A DNA stretch of 64,000 bases from Octopus bimaculoides (taxonomy: Eukaryota): NCBI RefSeq assembly GCF_001194135.2, contig NC_068985.1, positions 26,090,002 to 26,154,001 on the forward strand. Reading direction: 5' to 3'. The notes under the pieces were generated by a model. The model searched no databases and was not told where the DNA came from. It was given only the letters and a program-made list of their open reading frames with translations. The position numbers and the translations under genes are program-made. This document shows, one piece after another, positions 26,601 through 35,640 of the stretch; position 1 is the stretch's first letter, and every line of letters starts with the position of its first letter.

Positions 26601-27372
26601 ACATGAATTGAGCTAAGTAGACGTTGGACAATGTGCTTAACATCACAAGTTAGTAGACAACTAGCAGATACAACTAGTTTTAACTCGATAGCTTCTCGTT
26701 TTCCAAAAACCTTATACATAAATAGCAGCAAAATGTAATGTTTATACATTAGAAGCAAAACATGCATTTTTACTCTTAAATAGCTTGTAACCGAAAGATC
26801 GAGAATCGAAATGCATTCATAATTTGAACGTTTTCATACAAGTTCTATCCGCGTATATATTGTATAGATTTTTCTTTTTCAAAAATCTGAGGGAATTTAA
26901 AAGTCGCTATCATGACAAATAAGGTAAGATCCGGAATCCCCTTGTATCATGACAAATGCGTCTTTCTAAAATCCCCATAGTATAAATGTAAAAATCGATT
27001 GCAAAATAGAAATATAATATAAAACAAAAACCAATATAAAGAAAAACAGATTATTGCATATATATAAAAGATTTACAACGTCTACATTAACATCTGTTTT
27101 TTGTTTCTCTTTCTTTTACATAATTTCCAGACGATTTATGGTTATATACGCCATAATACATCGTTTCATAATTTCAACGACCATTGCACTAATCAAGTTT
27201 TGCAGTTACAAAATTAAGAACATTTACTGGTATAATTTGCAATAAAAACAGATTTTGAAATACATACTTCTGGATCATCCCATTTCAATTCACTTCTCTT
27301 TTCAGTGGGCTGCAAATTTCGGTCCCTTCCCATTAATTCATCCAACAGAGCCGCCGCTGCATGGGCCGCCAT
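2518..27372 (-). CDS. LUC7L3: Luc7-like protein 3 (U1 snRNP-associated splicing factor), full gene span, 10 coding exons, 489 aa
   Basis: Join of 27268-27372, 22109-22175, 19922-19961, 16648-16786, 12827-12904, 11431-11526, 9570-9743, 8485-8696, 4899-5302, 2518-2672 (1470 nt). All introns are GT-AG with consistent phases. Motifs LLDELMGRDRNL, CKYFLCGFCPHELF..CEKIH (CCCH ZnF1), CNVCGALL..DEHIMGKQH (ZnF2), RE-rich then RS-rich tail and terminal SEGDTK fit LUC7L3 rather than LUC7L/LUC7L2. Confidence 0.95.
3809..4143 (-). mobile_element. RTE-clade LINE, RT ORF C-terminal fragment
   Basis: [41 protein letters not shown]...ALQWNPDGYRKMGRPKNSW; typical RTE C-terminus (WIGHTLRK, WNP.G.R..GRP). Confidence 0.85.
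4899..5302 (-). CDS. LUC7L3: LUC7L3 exon 9 (RS/SH-rich domain with 9-aa repeats)
   Basis: cttgtatttttag acceptor, G|GTAAGT donor; 404 nt, stop-free in phase 2->1. Confidence 0.88.
5690..6088 (-). mobile_element. RTE-type LINE 3' end with (CAT)n tail and about 4 internal ~63-bp tandem units
   Basis: (CAT)n followed by ttaacg..ttccatgctggcatgggttgg, the same 3' terminus as the copies at 21264 and 61543. Confidence 0.8.
6761..6803 (+). ncRNA. Minimal type I hammerhead ribozyme (Penelope/retrozyme type)
   Basis: Stem I TCCAGA/TCTGGA; core CTGATGA 6767-6773; stem II AGAG-caataa-CTCT; GAAA 6788-6791; palindromic stem III ACTAGT; GTC cleavage triplet 6795-6797. Confidence 0.8.
8485..8696 (-). CDS. 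LUC7L3: LUC7L3 exon 8 (RE/RK-rich region into first RS dipeptides)
   Basis: RKLQSAEEREARLVREKEEREKERERE...RRRRSRSRTRRSRSRE; acceptor tag, donor AG|GTAGTT; 212 nt, open in the frame inherited from exon 7. Confidence 0.88.
9570..9743 (-). CDS. LUC7L3: LUC7L3 exon 7 (QTRQNSQTPESEKTMEVCNVCGALLVVGDIQQRIDEHIMGKQHSGYARIRTYVEERKQ)
   Basis: tcatttcag acceptor, CAG|GTTTGT donor; 174 nt; C2H2 ZnF2; overlaps ORF track 9513..9701. Confidence 0.96.
9967..10196. mobile_element. piggyBac-type MITE (TTAA-flanked)
   Basis: TTAA..TTTAGCATTC ... AATGCCAAAGGG-TTAA; same family as 21467-21687 and 37649-37833. Confidence 0.85.
11431..11526 (-). CDS. LUC7L3: LUC7L3 exon 6 (AENLGCEGKVEEAQGVMKLCDLLREERKVLEN)
   Basis: ttttctcag acceptor, AAT|GTAAGC donor; 96 nt; conserved LG.EGKVEEAQ motif. 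Confidence 0.95.
11904..12086 (-). mobile_element. SINE family A copy with 18-bp target-site duplication
   Basis: AAATTAAGATAATATTGA at 11886-11903 and 12087-12104. Confidence 0.85.
12827..12904 (-). CDS. LUC7L3: LUC7L3 exon 5 (PSSNAAALKEEKVAMLTERINDLVQQ)
   Basis: tttatctccag acceptor, CAG|GTATGT donor; 78 nt; coiled-coil segment. Confidence 0.9.
13545..14500 (+). mobile_element. Highly decayed piggyBac-like transposase remnant in LUC7L3 intron 4
   Basis: Fragments LLFKIRPLMD (about 13730-13765), KYGMKVWK (about 13850-13872) and CAGCATGGCCT shared with the 41-42 kb element; boundaries approximate. Confidence 0.5.
16648..16786 (-). CDS. LUC7L3: LUC7L3 exon 4 (YTKSGRFEKMGYEEEFMRFLQTLISDVERRIRRGHQRLALNSTQGT)
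   Basis: ttttaag acceptor, ACA|GTAAGT donor; 139 nt; conserved VERRIRRGH motif. Confidence 0.95.
17179..17581. mobile_element. Penelope-like non-autonomous insertion with long inverted arms
   Basis: Arms 17179-17261 and 17499-17581 (about 83 bp, 3 mismatches) plus an inner IR 17259-17275/17460-17476 enclose the hammerhead-like motif; adjacent to an N gap. Confidence 0.6.
17362..17420 (+). ncRNA. Hammerhead-like motif with non-canonical core
   Basis: Stem I ATCATA/TATGAT; CCGATGA instead of CTGATGA; stem II GGA..GAG-loop-CTC..TCC; GAAAC; palindromic ACGCGT; GTC at 17412-17414. Confidence 0.55.
17618..17717. other. Assembly gap (100 N)
   Basis: Run of n. Confidence 1.
19922..19961 (-). CDS. 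LUC7L3: LUC7L3 exon 3 (GNCEKIHDDVLRKE)
   Basis: cttttccag acceptor, GA|GTAAGT donor; 40 nt; completes ZnF1. Confidence 0.93.
20440..21264 (+). mobile_element. 5'-truncated RTE-type LINE with duplicated RT C-terminal segment and (GAT)n tail
   Basis: Degenerate ..RLHWYGHVLRMDEDGCVKKCHTLTVEGTCRRGRPRKTW.. occurs twice, then 3'UTR and tail; boundaries approximate. Confidence 0.8.
21467..21687. mobile_element. piggyBac-type MITE (TTAA-flanked)
   Basis: TTAA-CCCTTTAGCATT ... AATGCTAAAGGG-TTAA perfect termini. Confidence 0.9.
22109..22175 (-). CDS. LUC7L3: LUC7L3 exon 2 (VCKYFLCGFCPHELFVNTRADL-G)
   Basis: acceptor cag, donor G|GTGAGT; 67 nt; N-terminal half of ZnF1. Confidence 0.95.
23341..24160 (-). 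mobile_element. Internally deleted mariner transposon
   Basis: N-terminal KFCVKLGKSATETLSIL..VYSDEAMSCTQCFEWH and C-terminal WQECWDWCISVQGDYFKGD; IR remnants TTCCAGGACTAGTT (23341) / AACTAGTCCAGGAA (24147-24160). Confidence 0.82.
25057..25759. repeat. Long inverted repeat (foldback element) in LUC7L3 intron 1
   Basis: Arms 25057-25330 and 25502-25759 are near-identical reverse complements apart from an internal (CTAT/CTGT)n microsatellite; 171-nt spacer. Confidence 0.9.
25763..25973 (-). mobile_element. Young tRNA-derived SINE (family A)
   Basis: Minus-strand head AGGCGACGAGCTAGCAGAATCGTTAGCACGCCGGGCG with CpGs intact; older copies near 11904-12086, 16848-17015, 58905-59103, 62245-62475 and 61550-61612. 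Confidence 0.8.
27268..27372 (-). CDS. LUC7L3: LUC7L3 coding exon 1 (MAAHAAAALLDELMGRDRNLQPTEKRSELKWDDPE)
   Basis: aaaATGG start context; donor GAA|GTATGT; 105 nt, phase 0. Confidence 0.93.
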
Positions 27373-27695
27373 TTTGGAAACAAATTAGGACAAGATGACG
27401 ATGTTTTCTCCGATATTAGAATTTCTTTTTTATATTTCATCAGCAATAAAAAAAGTATCACATAATTACAATCGAATTTCCAAAATATGCCAAATACTTA
27501 AGTTACGATAAAATGACGTACATTTATTTTGAAAATGCGTAAATAACACGGCGATCGGGAACTTCCGTTACAAATCGGGCACGAGACAACACGCATGTCT
27601 CTTATTTGGATCGTGACGTCACGAAAGATCCACACGCGGTGTCCGTGCAGAGTTCAGCAAATTTTAGAGGAGACTTTTTAACAGAAAAAACACTT
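27373..27695. promoter_or_regulatory. Bidirectional promoter region shared by LUC7L3 and eRF3
   Basis: 323 bp between divergent ATGs, CpG-rich; YY1-like CCGCCATTTT (27366-27375), ETS-like ACTTCCG (27561-27567), CRE TGACGTCA (27614-27621) inside the palindrome TCGTGACGTCACGA (27611-27624). Confidence 0.8.
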
Positions 27696-27900
27696 ATGGC
27701 CTCTGAAGATAATGATAACAGTGCCCCAGACTCCTGGGAACAAAGTCTGAATGATTCTCCTGAAAACGAATCGAGTTTGGATGAATTAAATTCTACTTTA
27801 TCTTACTTAAATGTTAATGCTGCAGAATTCGTTCCTGGTCAAAATGTACATGCTCCTGAATTCGTACCTTCGTTCATGAAAGATCCTGAAAGTCTACAAG
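27696..27900 (+). CDS. GSPT1: eRF3 exon 1 with tandem PAM2 motifs ([11 protein letters not shown] / [11 protein letters not shown])
   Basis: ATG at 27696, PDSWEQ N-terminal motif, donor AAG|GTAATT; 205 nt, phase 1. Confidence 0.92.
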
Positions 27901-30900
27901 GTAATTAATGTACAAACCAAATAAATGATAATAGTTTACATTATTGATTGTAAATATCCCAACATAGCTTGTCTACTTATACATATTTTTCCTGCTAAAC
28001 GCTGCCTAAAAATACTGTTCTTCTGAAGATTTACTAGCATTACTATTCCCAGTAGCTTCAGTGAAATCGACATGCTGACCACATTTAATTGACGTGGCCA
28101 TAAATTCGGGGGCCTATTTTAGTATTCTTCTAATAGGAATATGAAACACCCACTTTATGTTCAACTAGTATATTCTTGTAATCTGTTTTGGGCACATTAT
28201 AAAGATAACTAAAGCATTTATGCATTCAGATACTTCTTAGCTAATACATTTAAATTTTATTTTTAAAGGCATCTGAACGATTTTCTTTTGTCGTTTCTTT
28301 TTTAATGTCAAACTACTATTATTTTTAGTTAAGAAAAAGTAAGTCCACACACCCATTTGTTCACCGGTAATAAACGTCAGTTTAGTATATTGATTCGTGA
28401 ATAAATTTGTGGCTTTCCCTTTTTTAATATATATATATATATATCACATACATTGATGTCTAGATAAACGAAGACCTTATGAATAGTATTCCAATAAACA
28501 TTTTAGACTGGCATAAGTATTTTAATACCTGGTTTGGGATTAAAAGTCATTTTTACCCCCAAAAGCATATTAGCCACCCCGTCCTTAGAACCTTTCATGA
28601 TTGAAATTCTTCAATTTCAGGTACATGTGTTGAAATGTAAGAATTATACACGATATATTTTTTCCTCAGATACTGTGAAATAGTTTCTGAATAACGCTAA
28701 GTAAAATACATAATGCGTTACAGAAAATAGCTCTTGGACTAGTTGACTCTAGGTAATTTTAACACGATTTAATGCAACTATTGTTTTATATTCGCCAAAG
28801 TATGGTGACCTAGCTCGATCATGAAAGACCACCTGACAATTCCTGAAGTGCTTTTGTTACCCAAGCATTTTTTTTTTTATAAACCCAAATGTAATTTAAA
28901 GAATTAATCGTCGACAATTTAAACAGAATAATTCCGAAGGGGCAATTTTCAGATGTCTGAACTTGGGTTGTATAGATGTTAAAATTGTAACGTCATCTCG
29001 TTTTATATATATACGTGTAACTAAGAATAGTATGTTCAATTTGAAACCGTGGGTTTATTTTGTATTCCATAAGGTAGCCATTTGTATCCATATATTTCGA
29101 TTTTCGTCTCTTTCCTTCTTAGTAATAAATGACCATTTTAAGAATTAAAACTGCAATCGCCACATTATTTTATTTAAAAAATATTATAAGTAAAGTAAAT
29201 CACTTGAATTTATAGCTGTAGCAGAATGTTGTGTATTTTTAGTGTGATAAATTTAAATTGCTCCCATATTTAATATTGAAAAGTAATTCTTTATGCAGTC
29301 TGCAGTTTTTAATTATGTTGTTTGCATATATTAAATGTTTCCTTTTCCATGGTTTCCGCTGTCTCAACAAGTAATTGTTTAACTTAAAAGTCAAAAAATA
29401 TAATCTCATGAAGAAGCTACCATCTGGTCTCGTGTTATATTAGCCTTGCCGAAATATTCCCATCGTGCTTGTGGCAGCCTTTTTTATTCTCTCTCAGAAT
29501 TAAATTGATATATCAAGTTTTTGTATAGATTGTCGATTTTCATTTCTACAGCATAAATCGCTTCAATATTTAAAACTCATCTTTTATTGTTGAACGTTAC
29601 AATGCAGTTTTTTTTTTCCCTCTGATGAATGCATGTGTTATCAAGAAGAAAAAACATCTGGTGATAAATTCACCAATAAATTCAATATTAAATCGGATTT
29701 TAATATATTATTTCGACATGGCCTATCGACTCGCATTAGATTTTTTTAAATATTCCCTTAGTTGGGCCGCCAAAAAAGATAACCGTGGGATGGGGGGGGG
29801 GCTTTAACGCGGTCGCTCGACCTACTAGAAATAGCAGTCAAATTTCCTTCAAAACACACCCTGTCTTTTTAAAAGGGGAAACAGACGTGTATCTAACAGG
29901 ATCTAATCCCAGATATATCCTAAACAAAGATGGGATGGTCGCAGCGTGAACGCTTCATGTCTGCTCAGTCAGGGCTAACCTCGGGTTAAACATCTGAATT
30001 TTCTGCACCATATATGAAACTACGGTTGCAAGAACCCAAAATTAGATGCTTTTCGCAATACATTTGTCTAATTATTAATGTTTCAGCTACTATCCTATAA
30101 TGTCTTAATTGTTCTTTCTAAATTATATTACTGGGCAATGCCTACTACTGAGATTGCTGTTGTTGACTCAGTTTTTTTTACCAGTCAGCCATTTTCACCT
30201 GTAAAACGCCAATAAGCAAGTGTCCACTCGTGTTAAATTTCCTAGATGATAAATACCTCGGATATCTGCACATATCCAGTACCAATATATTCGGTATCCT
30301 TATCTGCTCAACCGTTTTGCTATCTTAAATGCGATACTACAATATCTATTGTTGATTTGATTTGATTTTTACATTTTATGAATATGTTCCTTGAACTTCA
30401 ATTCCCATTTTTAAATGTTGAGCTTATAACCCTTTACACTCGTATCTTTAAAATATTCCGATTAACGTTGGACTTCTGACCTGTCTAATAAAGGAAGGGG
30501 ATCTGAGTTTCAACCTGTTTCTTACTTGTCGCTCGCTTATTCTGAGATTGAAATATTTCAAGATGGTAATTCTTTGAGATGTCATCTGTTCGTTTAATTT
30601 CATGTGTAATATGACTCTCTTGTAAACACGTTCTTTTCTGTTATTTTCATTGATATAATAGTGAAGAATGTAACAGTTTACTTTTAGATTGATTAATAGT
30701 CAGCTTCATGAATACCCATTTTCGTAGACACGAAATAACATTCAAAGTAATGTTTATAACCCTAAGCTAGAACACGAAAGTTACAACTGGTCTAATCAGT
30801 CGAGTACTGGATTATCAATCTGTTTCTATTTCATCACCGCTACGTGTTCGTTGCCTATACATTGTCAGTATTCCAGCTTACTTGGCTTCAAATAGGTACC

Positions 30901-33900
30901 AGTTAGAATAGCAATAGATGCACACAATAAAATTGACTGGTATTTCGTTAGTTTACTGAACTACAATGTAACAAAGAAAGGAATGAACTGCTCTGTAAAG
31001 TTAAAGTGATCCTGAGTTACAATATAACGGCAAGGTCTTCAATTGTGTGTCCAAGCAAGGTTTTTAGTGGGTTATGTGTCCAGATTGTCTTTGTACCCCA
31101 TACAATTCGACGCAGCAGGTATGAGTGTGCAGTAAGGTTCTCAGGCGAAGGTATTGCATAACTGAAACATACATGTTTGTAGTTTGCATTTAGTTATTCA
31201 GTCGACTATTTGCATGGAATAGGACTGCTTGATTAGATCTCATTTGGGGGTTAGATTCCAATAGATATAACATTATCATTGCTATAAATACTGTGTAGGT
31301 GGTAAGAAGTTTGTTTCCCAAACACGTGGCTTTTTGGTTCAATCCCAGTTGTGGTACCTTGAGCAAATGCCTTCTATATTCTGAGGCCAACCAAATCCTT
31401 ATGAGTGGATATGGTAGACGAAAACTGAAGGAAATCTGTTGTATATGTGTGTGTGTGTGTCTGCCTGCCTCCGTTTTAACATAATAATTGTAAATGAATT
31501 TTATTGTCATGCAAGCAATGCCGTTTGTGTCCAATATTCTGTGGAAACCTGCTTGACCATGAAGTAATATTACTCTACATGGAGACGGGTAAGGGATGGT
31601 AATAAAAGTGCATCCAGTTGTAGAAAAGCTGCCTCAAATTCCATCTGACACATAGAAAAGAGGACATTGAAATGTTGGTAGTTTCTGCTGATATTGGAGA
31701 TGAGGAAAATTACATATTGCAGAGCATATAAATTCACTCTGTATAGTAAAATAGTTCTAACCTTGATATTTGAAAACCAATTTGTAGTTGTAGTCCCTAA
31801 ATTCAAGTCTAACAAACAGATCATCAGAATTTCAACTTAGTTTAGTTTTATTAAGCTTCGGTGTTGTGTATGCTTCTTTTTTTTTTTTTAATACTGTCTC
31901 CATGAACGGATAAATACTAACTTGCATTGCTGCGTTATAATCTCTCACCTAAGTATAAAGACAAAATTTTGGAGGAGTATAGTTGTTTACATCAACCTTA
32001 GTACTTTACTGTTAACCGATTGATTCTCAGAAGATGAAAGGCAAAGTTTACCTTTGCAGGTTTTGAACATGATATAAAGAGCTAGAACAAATATTGCAAA
32101 GCATTTCGTCTGATGCTCTGTTGATTCTCCAATCCATTCCCCTAACTTTACTGTGTGGTAAGGGTTTGTAGACATCTATATGCTTGACTATAGATATGCC
32201 ACCAACTTTTTTTTCTTTTTTTTTTTTTCTAAATTCGATTTGTTTTAATTAATTCAATCATTACCTATGCCAAATTGTTTTAAATTTAATTTTAATAACT
32301 TTTGTCATTCATAGATGATGAAATGGATGACAGCAATGTTGGTAAGTTTTTTTTGTTTTGTTTCCTTCCCTGCATCCCATAAGATATTTCAGTGGTTTCA
32401 AAGACCAAACTTCTTAATTTCTTATCAAATTTTTCATTTTGGTAATTCAGTAAACAGGGTGAAATTGATGTAAAGTTTATTTTAGATAGTGAATTGCAAC
32501 ATCACATTAATGAATGACATGTTTAATATAAACAATGCTAAATATACTTCGTGTATCTTTATCCAATTATATGCATGTAAACACATAATTGGATTCTGAA
32601 GTAGTAATTATCTTTTTCCAGATTGCTCAGTTTTGAAGCATGAGTAAAAAGAAAACAACAGTTTGTCTATGTATAAAAAATTAACATCTATTTTAATATT
32701 GATTGATGGAAAATCTATTACTTTAGAGTTAGAATTCAAATCTTAATGCTTGTGAAACATGAACAATAAATACTTAGAATATAAAGAGTATAAAGTTTGG
32801 TTGAATTGCAAATTCTGCAAACCAGAAAATAGGCTGAATGCTAGTGAACTGTGTATAGGTACAATATAAATACAAATGACTGAGCTGAAGGTATGAATAA
32901 AATAGATAATGAATACCAAGAAGATTTGGGACGGGCTTTAACCAACACTTGTCAACTCTAACAACTTTTTATTCATCTTCATTCATTGACATGATTCGTC
33001 TTTGCACTAGCTGGTACTTTTGGTAAATGTATGAACGACTAACCTTTTCAGATACTGTCTCACTTAAACCACCTATATTACCAAATGCATGACTTGGAGA
33101 GTGGGGTAAGTAGGACAGGACCCATGCCCTCAAGGCCTCTGAGGCTGATAAGCAGAAGCTATTTTCTGGCTGGAGGCTTGGACTTGAATGCTTAGTGTAG
33201 AGAGCACTCTACTGATAATACCCAATAGTCAAATGGTAGGGTTTAGTGGGCAATGGATTAAATCTTGCTAAAAAATGTCTTGGGAAGTTGGAGGGTGAAA
33301 TTCAAAATAATTTTGAATCCATGTCTTACCTATTTCACTTAGGGTTCTAACTTTCATTAATTTGTGAATTGCTTGCTTGTCTAAATTTTATATTCATATG
33401 GGTTATTTTAAGTTTGCGAATAAAAATTTTGTCTGTGGGATCCCAGGCTTGGTTTTACTTTCTATCATTTGTATTAGGAACAGACATTGATAAAACCATT
33501 TTGTATAACCATTTAATTTTAATTCTGGATTTAAGGTGAGAGGGTTGAAAACATTTAAAATTCTCATCATCATTAGCTTTAAGCATTTATTTTCAATACT
33601 GGCAGGGGTTAGATGGTTTGTCAAGATCTGACAAGTTGAGGAAGGTGAGGCATATGAATTCATTTTGTATAAAAAAAAAATATTTCTGATGTTACTATCC
33701 AAGAACAAGCTTGTAGTCATGGTCCCTAGATACAGGTCTAACAAACAAAAGATCATCAGGATTTCAGCATAATTGTGCTCCAATGTCTACTTTGGCATGG
33801 TTTTTGTGGCTGGATGATCTTCCTAGTGCTAGCCATTTTATAGAGTATACTGGGTCTTTGATCATGGCAGCACTAATGAAGTTGCCAGTTTGGCTGAGCT

Positions 33901-35221
33901 AAGTTAGTTTTCTGTTTCCTTCCTCGTATTAGTAAAGTTGGCTTGTCTATTGTTAATTTAGCTCAAAATGAGTAATTGCTTCTGCTATCATTTCTAGAAC
34001 AAAAATTGTAATGCATATGCCACTTTATAGTATTTAACTTGATTTGGAATTTATCAAATGTTTTTACTTTAGATTATCTAAAAATGTTGCTTAATTTCTC
34101 TCATTTTGTATAATTTTTTATTAAATATCTTTTAAGCTGATGACTGGGCTGACAATGTTGAAGATGAAGAGGAAGAAGAAAAGTCAAACAATGCTGTTGA
34201 AACAATGGAAGTTGAAAATGTTTCCATTAAACCAAAACGGAAAAACAAAGATATAGCAGCACCAAGTGTCAAGAAAGAACATGTAAATGTTATTTTTATA
34301 GGTCATGTAGGTAAGTATTATAAAAAGTTGTATTTATATTGTATAATTGATCAAATTTAAGTATATTGCAATATTTTCTAAAGTAATAATTTGAGAACCT
34401 CTCACTCTTGCTACACATATATAGTCTGTGTGTAGATGCAGGCATGACTGCATGGATACGGAGTTCTTTTTGTTAACAAGAGTTCTGTTGCACTAAATGG
34501 CACCTTGGGTGTCTTCTACTTCAAATTCAAGTTGGCAGGGGCCTTGTAACTGAAATTATTAGATGGAAACTGGACAGAACCTTGTCGTGTGTGTGAGAGG
34601 ATTTTTACATTCCATGTCTTTGAATGAAAAGTGTTGATCAAAAAGTGACATTTGTCATTCCTTATTAACATATTGTCCTCTATACTTTCAAAGACAAATG
34701 GTGTATAAAAAAAAAAATACATCGCTTGGGTATAAAATAGGTAATGGGTAGGATCAGAAAGGATATCTAGCTTGTAAAGCAGCATCTGGGTCATATTCAG
34801 CCAATTCATGCTAGCATAGAATTGTGGTCATAAAATTAACATTGTGTGTGTGTTCTTTCTTTTCTTACTGGGGTAACCAAGTATCTCCTCTATAGTAAGA
34901 CATCTATCACTATCCCTCTGTTTATATTTCAACCTCTCAACCAGCATGAAGCCACCTCCCTCAGTAGTACTACTCCCTCTCCCAACCGAGGGGTCTTTGT
35001 CTTGCAAGTTACTTGGTGGCTGTGCTGGTGCCATGTAAAAAAAAAAACAACACTCAATCCACTCTGTAAAGTGGTTGGCATTAGGAAGGGCATCCAGCTG
35101 TAGAAACATTTTCAGAGCAGACAGTAGAGACTGGTGTGGTTCTCTGGCTTGCCAATTTCTATGAAACCATCCAACTATTGCCAGCATGAAAAGTGAATGT
35201 TAACTGATGGTGTGTATATAC

Positions 35222-35269
<48 letters not shown>

Positions 35270-35598
35270 NNNNNNNNNNNNNNNNNNNNNNNNNNNNNNN
35301 NNNNNNNNNNNNNNNNNNNNNNNNNNNNNNNNNNNNNNNNNNNNNNNNNNNNNNNNNNNNNNNNNNNNNNNNNNNNNNNNNNNNNNNNNNNNNNNNNNNN
35401 NNNNNNNNNNNNNNNNNNNNNNTAACATTTCGCTAACATGAGATTATAATTCTTTTAATTATAGACTCAATTGAATTTTTAGGAAGGATTAAAGTAAATA
35501 TGCTAAATATACCTCGTTTCTATATTTGGCTTGCAAGATTCTTGATGTGAACTCCTGTTGAAACAGATTTTGATGTATCTCGGTTCATTATGCTAGTA

Positions 35599-35640
<42 letters not shown>

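Noticed and set aside
27595-27695. 28-codon uORF (27595-27681) and in-frame TTG extension (27606) upstream of eRF3
   Set aside because: Both start upstream of or across the CRE in the probable promoter core, so they are likely not in the mRNA; revisit only if the TSS maps before 27595.
28610-28645. ttcag|GTACAT recursive splice site or 16-nt microexon in eRF3 intron 1
   Set aside because: The intron is short (4.4 kb), the donor is weak, and the exon would frameshift; no further support.
35159-35439. Several ORF-track ORFs spanning X runs (also 17596..17778)
   Set aside because: Artefacts of N gaps and microsatellites.
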